Shown one piece after another: positions 45,799 through 56,310 of a DNA stretch of 64,000 bases. The position numbers and the translations under genes were made by a program. Each line of letters starts with the position of its first letter. Within the stretch, counting starts at the first letter, position 1. The notes beneath the pieces were generated by a model that ran no database searches, was not told the DNA's origin, and saw nothing but the letters and a program-made list of their open reading frames with translations. The stretch is from assembly GCA_950097015.1 (NCBI GenBank), contig CATNEN010000030.1:4402001-4466000 (forward strand). The letters run 5' to 3'. This DNA comes from Macrostomum hystrix. Taxonomy: Eukaryota > Animalia > Platyhelminthes.

Positions 45799-48266
45799 TA
45801 AAAATTCAACTTACATTTTAGTCAATAAATTTAGGTTAGGCCTATTAATTTTTTAGCAATAATGCATTTAGTTTTGGATAATTTTTTAAGTTTAAATTGG
45901 TGCCTAGGCATCATGTAGAGTCTGAATATGATCTAACTAGTCATGTCGCATTATCTGCCAATGGCCAAAACCACGGAGTTTGAGTTTAAGCCAACTATAG
46001 GCATCAAGGCATGCCTTGCCCTTGTCCTTTTTCTATCGCCAGAACTGAGTAAAAAATCACAATTTTTATGTAGGCACCAGTTCAAATTCATAATAATTAG
46101 AGAAAAACAAACTGCAATATTGCTATTTTTTGTGAAAAAAAGAAACAATAATTTCACTCATAAACCAACCGAAGCTGCTGCATGCATGCCTAAGGCTAAG
46201 CCTGCTTAGGACTTCCAAACCACCTTGTCAAAAATATAAATTGTTTGAGAAATAGTAACGATAAACAGAAACAAGTTGACAAATACACTTTCATACTTAT
46301 CTAAGTATACATTTATAGTAAAATAATACTCAAGTATTATAGTCAATATGGATACTTCATATGAATTAAATTAATGAGAATGTCAAGCTTGAAATCAGTA
46401 GCTGTACTGATGTCAATGACATTAGCTTATATTAGACGCATGATGTTGGTCAGAAAGCAAAACTATTTTTGCAGAATAAACTTTTTGTGTTTATTCTGAT
46501 AATGCACTCAATAATAAACTAATAGCAAACACAGGATAGCCTGGTGTGTCGAATTGAATTTCTACGAAAACAATCGCACGTTAGTCAAATTAAATATACA
46601 AATTATAACAAAGAGCCAGTTTTATTAGATTTACAAAGGGTTCTTGACACAGAACTAAATTAGTCTGTAAGAATGTAAGTGCTTACAATTAATTGTTTTG
46701 GTGCTTAAAGATCTGAAATTTTCAAATGTTTATGATGGTTTTTGCAGAAGTTTGTAAAATAAATTTCATATAGAAACTAAAAATTGGTCATTGCAGTTCA
46801 GGACAAAAAAGCCGGAAGTTTATCTTGTCTTAAATTTTCAATGCGTTTTGATATATTGAGGAGATCGCGAGAAACCGAATTTTGTCTTCGTAAGCGTGTT
46901 ACTTAGAAGGCCCAGATTTTGGGAAAAATATTTTTATTTTGTCCAGATCAAAGTCTGGCAACAATTCCTCAACAAATTATAGATAAGTGACATGCGGACT
47001 AATCCAGCTGAGGGGGTAGAGCTGGACTGGCTGACCAATCCTTCATAGTTTGTTCACACTTTGCGTGTACTTGCAATCATTTTACATCGGCCTATGCTGT
47101 AGTCCAACAGGCCAAGAACTGTTCATAAGCAACTGCATGCAACTATTGAATTTATTCGTGGCTTTATTTTGATCAGCTTTATAGAGCTTAAACAAGCACC
47201 TTTTAGACGATTAAAACTAAGTGGCGTAGGAATGCAACTTACTATTGTCTAAAAATATGTCTACAAATTGTATCAAATATAGGGCAATCGTTTTTTATGG
47301 TGTCTAGGGGCCATGGACTCTCGACTCAATGCACCATATTTTTTAACTCATTAGACTCATTTAACCTTAATGCAAGAAAAATATACCCAACTCTCTGCAA
47401 AATACCCAGTTTTTCAGCTGTCGCAAATAATCTACATGTAAATTTTCGTGAATATTGCATGTGCCTAGATGTTCGGGAGTATACTCACGGGGTATTTTTT
47501 CCTAATAAGCTATAAGCTAGCTACATTTGCTTGATGGTCTTACCATTCAGCAGAACGAAGACTATACACATGAAAGTAGTTTAATAGTTCTACACCGTCT
47601 ATATTTTCTAGCAGATACTATTATTTATAGGCGATCGAAAACCATGTACTTACGCAAATCATGCATATATAGCATACCAAAATTTCTGGACAGTACCTCA
47701 TATAAGTACACGGCATGCACGAAACACCAAAACTTTTTTCTCCGAACAAGTTTTAAATATACTTATTAACTATTCGACTACTATATTTACGCTGTATACA
47801 TTCTGCAATAAGAACAATAGTCTGCGAAATGTGTGTGTGGATGTGTGTGTGTGGAACACGTAGGTAAAACTCCAGTACAAAAATGGCGTAATGTGAATTC
47901 CATTTCTTAATTAGAAGCATGCACTGCCTGAAACCGTCATGAAGATGACGGTGCACCGGTTTATGTAAATACAGTATATATAGGATTCGAAAGTTGGGAC
48001 TAGTCAGCTGATCTGTTAGCAACGCAGGATCAGAGAAGAATTTCTTATTCGGAACAAACGGCACGTGATGATTCTAACTGATCTACCTATCCGCGAATTC
48101 CTAGCTAATTAAGAAATTCCTAAAAGATTCGCTGGCTGGAACAAGTATATAAGCCGGATATATAAGCCACGCAGTTAAATAAGTGGAAAATTCTGGAAAG
48201 GATTTCAGAACGCTTGTTGAATACCTTTGGACAGCTCCACATATCAAAGCCAACGCTTCGCTAAGC

Positions 48267-50678
48267 ATGATGCTGTTTCTATTCGTAGTCGCATTTGCTA
48301 CACTTCAAATTCTTGAAGTTGCAGCTGTAGCAGCGAGTGAGACCGCCACACCATTGCACCAGGTATCCGTTTCGATCAGCAGTGCTCGATCAATTCTGTA
48401 CCACGGGATGCAGGTTCCAGTGTTTCAAAATACAGGCAGCATCGGCTCGGGGCGATATTTCTTCCCACCCTTGGCTCTACTGGACTGTAGCTCAATGCGC
48501 ATCATTAATTCTGGCGATACCTCTGCCGACGATAGCAGCGAGAAAGTTGCGGTTGGCACCTCACTGCCTGTCGTTGCTCTGCTTCGTCTGTCAGTCCTGT
48601 TGTGGACAGATGAATTCCTGACTGCAGCTCGTGCCCAGCTTGGAGGTGATGCCAGAGCGGACGAGACCTCCATTCACGTGGAACTAATGCCCTTGACTGA
48701 GCTTACCTTGAATTGGTCGACCCAGGCTGATCGATGGCTTGGGAATGGCTTTAAGCAAAGATTCCGCCTGGTCTATGCCTGGCAGGACGCACAACGGCCG
48801 CTAGCGCGGGCTAACTTTGCCGTATCTTGCGCAAGCCGGTCGGACTGTGAGCAGCTACTGGCACAGTTAGGTGACACAGATTCTGCAGGCCTCATCTTCG
48901 ATCTAAAATACCGCATCAGGTGTGACAGCCAGCGACGTATCTCTGCAACTCTAGCAAGCCGTCACCTGCTTCGATCTCCGCTGTTCACACACTTGTATCG
49001 CTTCGGTGCAAAGTCATCTGGCATTGTTCTTGCTTCAGAGGCGACAGTTGACCAGTTAGCTGTCGAAATGCGTCGGGCTTCACTTGATGATCTGCAAGAA
49101 CAGCAGGCGGGCGAGCAGCGGGCTGACAGCGTAGATCCTGTGGCACTCAGCGCCCTGCTGGCCGACGCCGGAAGTCTTTTGCGCCGCGTGCCTGTCAAAG
49201 GTGCCGGCCTGACCCAGTGGGCTGAACGAGTATTCTGGCAGCCCTCACCTAACAGCAGAGGGCTGGCCTCCAGCGCTGCCAGTGCTGCGCTCCGACCCGA
49301 TCGACTGGCCAGCCTGTTCAACCGGCTGTTTTCTACTGAAGTCGGCGGGCCACCAAAGCTCGTTCGTCCGACATCTGCCTCAAGCAGTCTGGTCGCAAGT
49401 CTGGAAAGTGAAGGTGATTTGCCTTCAGGTGCAGGGGCTCTGATACGCCAGTTCCTTGCTACTCACAACCGCCCTGGAGCTGAACCAATTCGTGTCGAAG
49501 ATGTTTCCGAGCTTGCCTCGTCTCTCGGCAGTGCTGTGGCTTGGAATGCCTCCAGCATTCGATTCGTACCGTCACCAAATGTCCAGCTGTACCAACTCGA
49601 TACCGGGCGGCTGCTCAGCTTAGGAACCTTTGCTGTCCGCGATGTCTTGCTCCATTATAGAGTTTCAGAGCAGCGGGATCATGTAGTACCGCTTTGCCGC
49701 GCCGTCCACAGCTCGGCTGACTATACGACAGCCACATGGACTGCCCAAGCAGAAATGATGCGCAAGCGCTACGAGCAGCTACTACGACGGGCGAATAATG
49801 CATCGAATGAACTGCAACGCATCGCATCAGCACTAACCAGTGCTCGAGCCGAGTCTGGGCCTCACACATCTGTAGGTTACATTTTTTGCCCACCAAGGCA
49901 TGCAAAAAACTCATTTGAATTGAAGTTTGCTTGAAAGAATGCTAAAAGGCAGCCTGTGGCTTAATCTGAATCCGCAGCGAGGCCACATTCATTTGGGGCG
50001 CGGAGAAAAGGCTTGGGCACTTGTCGTAGCGTCTTTAAATCCGGAGATGTGCTCGTCTGCATGGAGTGTGTGCCTGTGTGATAGCTATATGTCTGTGTGT
50101 ACTCTGCAGGATCAGGAGAGAGTCATATTGTTGCTGGGGGTCGAGTGTCACGAAATGCAGCTTCAAAGCGCCTTTGGCCCCTGCTAGAGCTTATCATAAC
50201 CTCGTACTACGAGTATCATGTGCAGTTTTTTATCGATTTTTATCTCACTTTTTTTGGAATTTTTATCAAATCAATCTTATTTGTTATCGATGACGCAACC
50301 CTGCTACAGGTGCGTCATCGTTCGGCTGAAGATTCTTCAGCTCCGTACCCTGCCGCTGACGAAGACGGGACTTCGCTCGACGCGCTACGGCTGCAGCTTC
50401 AAACTCTCTCCGGTGCCGTCAATGGATCCGTGAATGACGCCGAAGAAGCCTGGCAGCGTCAGTTCGCGGGATCCTTCTGTATCTTAGCAAACTCGGGCCC
50501 GCCACCCAGGGGTATGACCTGCCGCACCATCTCATTCGTGATCCCGAAGTCCTCTCTACGTAAGGGCAAGATCTTCAATCGGCAGGTCCGCGTCGGCACT
50601 GGCACGGCTGGGCAGAACCTGATTGAGCCGCACGGAAAACGTTTTTTCCGCGTTCAGTTGCGCGGCTGCTGCAAGTGA
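48267..50678 (+). CDS. Uncharacterised secreted protein (~657 aa); exons 48267-49871 and 50310-50678
   Basis: Signal-peptide-like MMLFLFVVAFATLQILEVAAVA; long non-repetitive ORF; phase-0 splice TCT|GTAGGT...TACAG|GTG; coiled-coil segment and Cys-containing C-terminus (GSFCIL…GCCK). Confidence 0.8.
49935..50215 (+). mobile_element. Degenerate SINE copy, same family as 41221-41590, in an intron
   Basis: GCCACATTCATTTGGGGCGC and GTGTGCCTG(T/C)GT motifs shared with copy 1. Confidence 0.6.
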
Positions 50679-51879
50679 ACAGGTTTGCTATAAACTGCAT
50701 CCCACGTGAAGATGAAGACAGTTTGAATTGCTACTTATTACAATAAAAACAAGACTTTGAATTCAGAAAATTTTTTAACAAAAAACTTGCTAAGCCTATT
50801 TTATTACTGAACGTTCAGTTGAATCCCATTTGATACCATTGGGACATAGATTTAGACAGCTATGAGTTTTTTTATTGTTGCAACAATAAATATACTGAGT
50901 TCATACCCTGTGCGATTCAATGTCATCCATGCGATCGCAGGCCCTGCTTGAAGCTTCTTTCCCATTGGATGCATTGAATGCTGGAGCAGCTATCGGTACA
51001 GGGAGCAAACTACGCCATCAGTACCCCTCAAATTGCTGCATATATTACGTTGATTGGGAATTTTAGGCCCTCTTATTTTCCTCATGCCACCTGATACCGT
51101 TTCGAACAACTTCTGAAGCATCGATTTCAAAGTGAGCCAGCAATCAAAGTCAAACGATTGGCTTCCTAATGCAAATATTTTGAATCTATTTAAAAAATAT
51201 GCCTTCCACTTCAAATTGCCTTGAAACATTAAAGGTAGGGGTCCACCCAAAAATCGTTAACGACTGGAACAAGGCTATAAAGTACATTGTCCATGGCAAT
51301 TAGTAAAGTGAGCGCATATTTATGAAATATGAAATTGCTTAGTGACACAAGCACTAGCAACTGCTTATACTCGTATTTTCCTGCCAGATTGCATGTTTGA
51401 ATTTGAATGGCCCACGCAATTCGAATCATGCTTTGCGATGACAGGTTCAATTATGATGTGATTATTGTTGTGGCAAGCACTGACATCAATAAAGTTACAG
51501 AGAGTAAACTTGTCCTGACGTGACCTTCCTGTACTTGCATTTAAGACTTGGACTTAATGATTCGATGCGGACCCAAGCTTGAATTGTGTTAATTGCCAAT
51601 AAGGAGATGGAATCAGGTAAAAATCAGGTAAAAAACCTGAAAGTTCGAAGTGCTTCGTCACGGAGATGTGAATTCCGTCGTAATATTTAGTCGATTTTCT
51701 CTCTGCTTTTTTCATATGAAGCAAAAGGGGTTAACATTTGAAGAAAGTCAATACAATTCTGCGATCAATACACGTCCCGCTAGCTTTCAAAAGCTAGTAC
51801 CAATCTAGAATCAGTACTGGAATCAGTACCTAAGTCTCGCCGGCTTTCATATTCCCCGTATCGCACTCGGTTCACTCGA

Positions 51880-52701
51880 TCAGCCTAAAAAGCCGGGCAC
51901 GTGACGCGAGCCACGACCGGTCGTGCCACGGTTGTCCTCATCGAACTGGATCACTGGGTCCAAGGCGCTTCCAAAGATCTCCATGCCGGACGTTCGCTTG
52001 AGAGCCGCATCCTCCTGGTGAGCGAAACCTGGATATTCTTTATCGGCAAGCTCGTTTCGCCAGGGACGAGCGCTGGCCAGGGCTGAAACTATGAGGGATT
52101 TTTACTAAGGTACAACTATGATACACTTTAAGAAACTTTCTAGTTTGAAATGTTGTTGTAACTGTTGGGATTATATTGTTAATTATTATCGCATGGGCCG
52201 TTATGGATTGGCCATAGAGGTTTATACAGAGAAATGCTAGTTGTCCTTGTCAGCAGGGTCTTCGACAAGAATCGGTGAAAATCTCCACAATGCTGACGTC
52301 GGGTGGCTTTAAAAGTTAGTTCATTGTTAAGGGCGGAAAACATTAATTCATATGGTAGGCTTTTACGAAAATTGGTCAATCGGTTTGGGAGCTATCGTGC
52401 AGTAGGCAGTGGGTATTTGAAATATCCCTCGTTGTCTGTTCCAGGAGGAAAATAGCGTGGTCTTTCTACTGTTAAGAGCTGATCGGTCACTCCCATAGTT
52501 TGAAACTCTCACCAAAAAGGTCGACCTAAAAGCCATAGACGACGGGAACTGCATGCTGTCACGATTGGATGCCTCTCATTCCCACGAAACAGCACCACAA
52601 TAAAATTGCCAAAATCTCAATCATTTAAGTGCAAACTCGAAGTAGAACTTACTGAAAGCAAAGATGTACACAATTTTGACCAGAAGCTTTGCAGTAGCCA
52701 T
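51880..52701 (-). CDS. 83-aa secreted peptide / candidate neuropeptide precursor; exons 52701-52653 and 52082-51880
   Basis: ATG exon with a perfect GTAAGT donor, TTTCAG acceptor, phase 1 matches; MATAKLLVKIVYIFAFTLASA|RPW...ALKR|TSGMEIFG...SRHVPGFLG*. Confidence 0.7.
52190..52560 (-). repeat. ~300-bp dispersed repeat, copy 2 (intron of the peptide gene)
   Basis: Reverse-complement similarity to 41920-42230. Confidence 0.75.
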
Positions 52702-53446
52702 CGAAATTGACGCGTGCACAGTAAAATAGACTGTCACGCACGTACGAGCATTTAATATTGCAGCAAATAGTTTATTGAGAAGAGAGTATCTAACGTGCCG
52801 TGCAACGGTTTTATAGAGATTTTTAAAATTAGCTGCTGGCCGCTTAATTATGGCTTGCAATTGGTGTTGGTCTCTAGCCCAATGGGAATAAACGTTTATG
52901 CACTTCAAGGACTTTAGAACGCGTTTTTCAATGATCAGTGACTTCTCTTTAATCCATTCAGCAATGCCTTACAAAGAACTCGACAATTTAAGCTGTTATT
53001 TAACTGGCATTTAAGCTGACGCTCGCAATTAGTCAAATAGAGCCCCGGGTATCAGATGACAAAGATCAAAGCTAGCAAAATCTATATAACAAAAACGAAA
53101 TTTTCAAAATTGCGACACGATTACTTCCTTTGGTGGGCATTGCATTCGATTTGGTAAGGAACAAATAACTGCGCGCAATTGTTTAACGATATATGAATTA
53201 CACGGAACACCATCTATTCGAAAATCCGAAAAATAGTAACAAAGAATAAAGAAGCGATGAAGTGCAGTTTATTGCGGGAGTAAAAGCGAAATATGAGCAT
53301 ACAAAAAGCACGAAAAAATCTAGAAACTCTTCTGGGTGGAAACGTAAAAAGTGTTTTTCTTAATTTCTTTAGACGCAACAATGCTCAATACGGCCGGATC
53401 ATTAGTGATAAAAGTTCACTTTATAAAGCTTTTATTAGAATATGTA

Positions 53447-55889
53447 TCACGGTGGAGGCAGTACCCGGGTACGCTCCAAATCAATATCGGACGGGACCCG
53501 GGACAGCAGGTTGAGCAGCTCGTTGCTGTCATCAGCGTCCGGCCGGAGTAGCCGCTTGCTAAATTTGTTGACACCCCAAGCCAGCGCAAGCAGCCGCAGA
53601 GGCAGAAAACCAAGAATCAGAGCGGCTGAGGCCAGAAGAATGGCGACGAGGCAGGTGATGCGAGGCTCACGCCACTGCATCAGGTTGCGTAGTCTCTCAG
53701 CACCAGAGGCTGCAGCGTCCAGGCCGTCTTGCAGACGCAGCAGGAGCTCCTGAGCTGCGCGGGCGCGTTCTAGCCAGGATCTTTCGTCGATGTCACCTTC
53801 ATCGTCCGATCCAGCGGTCGTTTCATCAGCTGGCAAGTCGGAGCCGCTGGGATTGTAAGATTTCTGGATTTCTGGGCCGGTGTCTGTCATCTGCTTGCTC
53901 AGGTTGACGAGGAGCAAAGCTAGCGGCACCAGAGGCAACATGAACGGTTGCAGATTCCACACAATGGCCACATAGCAAGCCAGGGCCGTTGAACTCCGCA
54001 CTGGATCCTCCCAATGAAAGCAGCTGCTAGCGAAGGCGCCTAACTTGCTGAGGGTTTCAATAACAGTAATGCATCTGCGTGTGTCCCTCCGCACTAGTCG
54101 CAGTCGGAGCTTTGGCTCCGTTAGGCCCCACAGACGTGGCTCCTTGGGCTCGATGGTTCGTACTGCGGCACCCAACCAGCTGTAGCGGAGTCGAGTCTCA
54201 AGCTTCAGTCGACCGCCAGTCCAAGCTTCTAAACGCTTATCCTTCAAGCCGTACCAACCTGTCTGCTTGCCACGTGTATCAGCGTTTTCTAGGAGTTGCG
54301 GCAGGCGAAGCGTTAGCCGGCCCAGGAGTTGCGGCGGCGACTGGCGTTTGTTTTCTTCGTAGACGGACAGCTCCAGCTCTGAGTGAAGGTCGCGCACGCG
54401 GAACTTGAGCTCCCGGCAATAACGGCGAGGCTCTGTCCCGTTGCTTTGCTTTGACTCCGAATCAATCACATGGGTGCTCAGTTGTGAGTTGTTCAATCGC
54501 AAGGTGCAGAAAATTGCACCGGCGTTGCCACCCGACTTCACCCGTTCGGCGTCTAAAATTCGAACCGCCAGATATCCGATGCCACCATCTAACTTAAAAC
54601 TGTCTTCCTCATCTTCCATCTTTGCGTTTCCGATTCCATCCGCCTGGCTGGCCGGCAGAAAGTCCAGGATTAGGCGCACAGTGGGACCACCCGTTGGGTA
54701 GTCCAACAGTGGTGCCGCGATAAGATCCCCTCCTGATGCGGACGGGGCATCTGGAAGTGCAACTCGGGCCCTGCCGACCAGGATATCTTGGCTGGTAAGA
54801 TGTCGCTCAAAGATGCACACATCAAGCTGTTGCTGCTGGTTTTCTTGCTGTCCTTCAGGTGAAGGAATTTTCGATGGAACAGTCATGCGCAGCTCCTCAT
54901 CCCAGATGTGGCCTCGACGGGTGAGGCGACTGCGGCATAGCTGATCGCCCAGCTGCAGTTGCGCATAGAGCGGGCGTGAACACGACTGAAAGGTTTCCTC
55001 GCCATCCAAGCCGAAGCTGAAGAGGCCGACAACATCGATCAGGCCCACGGTCAGGATTGACTCCGGCATGGTAGCCGGCTCCAGTGAGGCAGCAGGAGCC
55101 TGCAGATTTAGCTCAGCCGTGAAGTGCAGATCACCCATAGAGGCCTCCCTGGCCAGACCGGTTTCATCTGACAGCGGCAGGCGCAGGCTGAGCTGCTGGC
55201 CCGGACACAGAGCGGCCAACGGCAGCAGGCATCGACCCATGTAGTCGTCCCGTGGGCTCAGCGCGTCCCAGTCATAGACACGAAGCTCCAAGTCGCCATT
55301 GAGATGATCAAGCCTGAACTCGAATTTCTGGATAGAAACGGAGGCAAGATATTCATTTGATTCAGCGGATTTACGGATTGCAGAAGTACAGATAAGAAAT
55401 TCTACTTAAAGTAATGTTAGCAGTTAATAGTTGGGATTAATTTTGATATACAAGAGGTGTCTCGGTCAAGGTAAGTATACTACTAGTCCGCTCGTTTGTC
55501 AACGCCTCACTTCTATGCAATAGAAAAATAAGCCAAGGTATTCACCTCATCCCAGGATGGCTCCAGGCACTGCCGAATGACCCGACTCTTTCCGAGCTGT
55601 TTGTCTGCTGCACAGAAGACGACATAGGGATCGCTGCTTCCTGACAAGTCCCGGACAACCAGTCCGCTGCCTTTGATGAGGCAGATCTGCAGCCTGTACA
55701 TATTTTCTGAACGGCAGTACCAGGATTCTTTGCTTTTCGATTGTTTGAGAGAGTGGATCGTGGCTCACAGCAGGATATTGTTGGATATTGGATATTGCCA
55801 CAACGTTTTTGTTGCTTATTGACAAATAAAACGCCAAGTAAGCATGTATGAGATGACTCACTCGATCGGCTAGCTGACTGGCTGTGCAT
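53447..55889 (-). CDS. MCTP: Multiple C2 and transmembrane domain protein; exons 55889-55862, 55706-55546, 55327-53447
   Basis: C2A (RDLSGSSDPYV; VYDWD..RDDYMG), two further C2-like domains, C-terminal hydrophobic PRT_C-like region (WEDPVRS, ERLRNLMQWREP, LALAWGVNKFSKRL). Confidence 0.88.
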
Positions 55890-56310
55890 TCCTGAAATTT
55901 GTAAAGCCCAGAATTTTAATTGACCTGCTGTACGTGCCAAGGACTGTAGCGAATGTACATGTAGATGTACACTGGGCCAAGATCTGCAATTTTAGACAAA
56001 CGTGGTGGAGTCAAATTTTCAGCTATCGATAGCCTCGGTAATAAACAGGTGCAAGCACATAGAGCACCTGTACATTCAGAAAATCAACCCGTCTTGACAC
56101 GGACTGCAGTATATACCAATTTTTCGATTACGTCCGATAAGTTTGCGAATCACAATCTTTCCAAGTAAAATTGCACATACAAAATATCTTCATCGCATGA
56201 TATATGAACCATTGTGATTTTGTTCTGCACATGAATATATAGTACGATATGACCATGCAGCTATCAGTGAGGTATCGGTGGGGCAGAGCGTAGTTCACGC
56301 TCGTAGAGTA

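Noticed and set aside
51805-51836. AATCAGTAC(C)TAAGT resembling the foldback terminus
   Set aside because: Too short and imperfect, with no accompanying subterminal motifs
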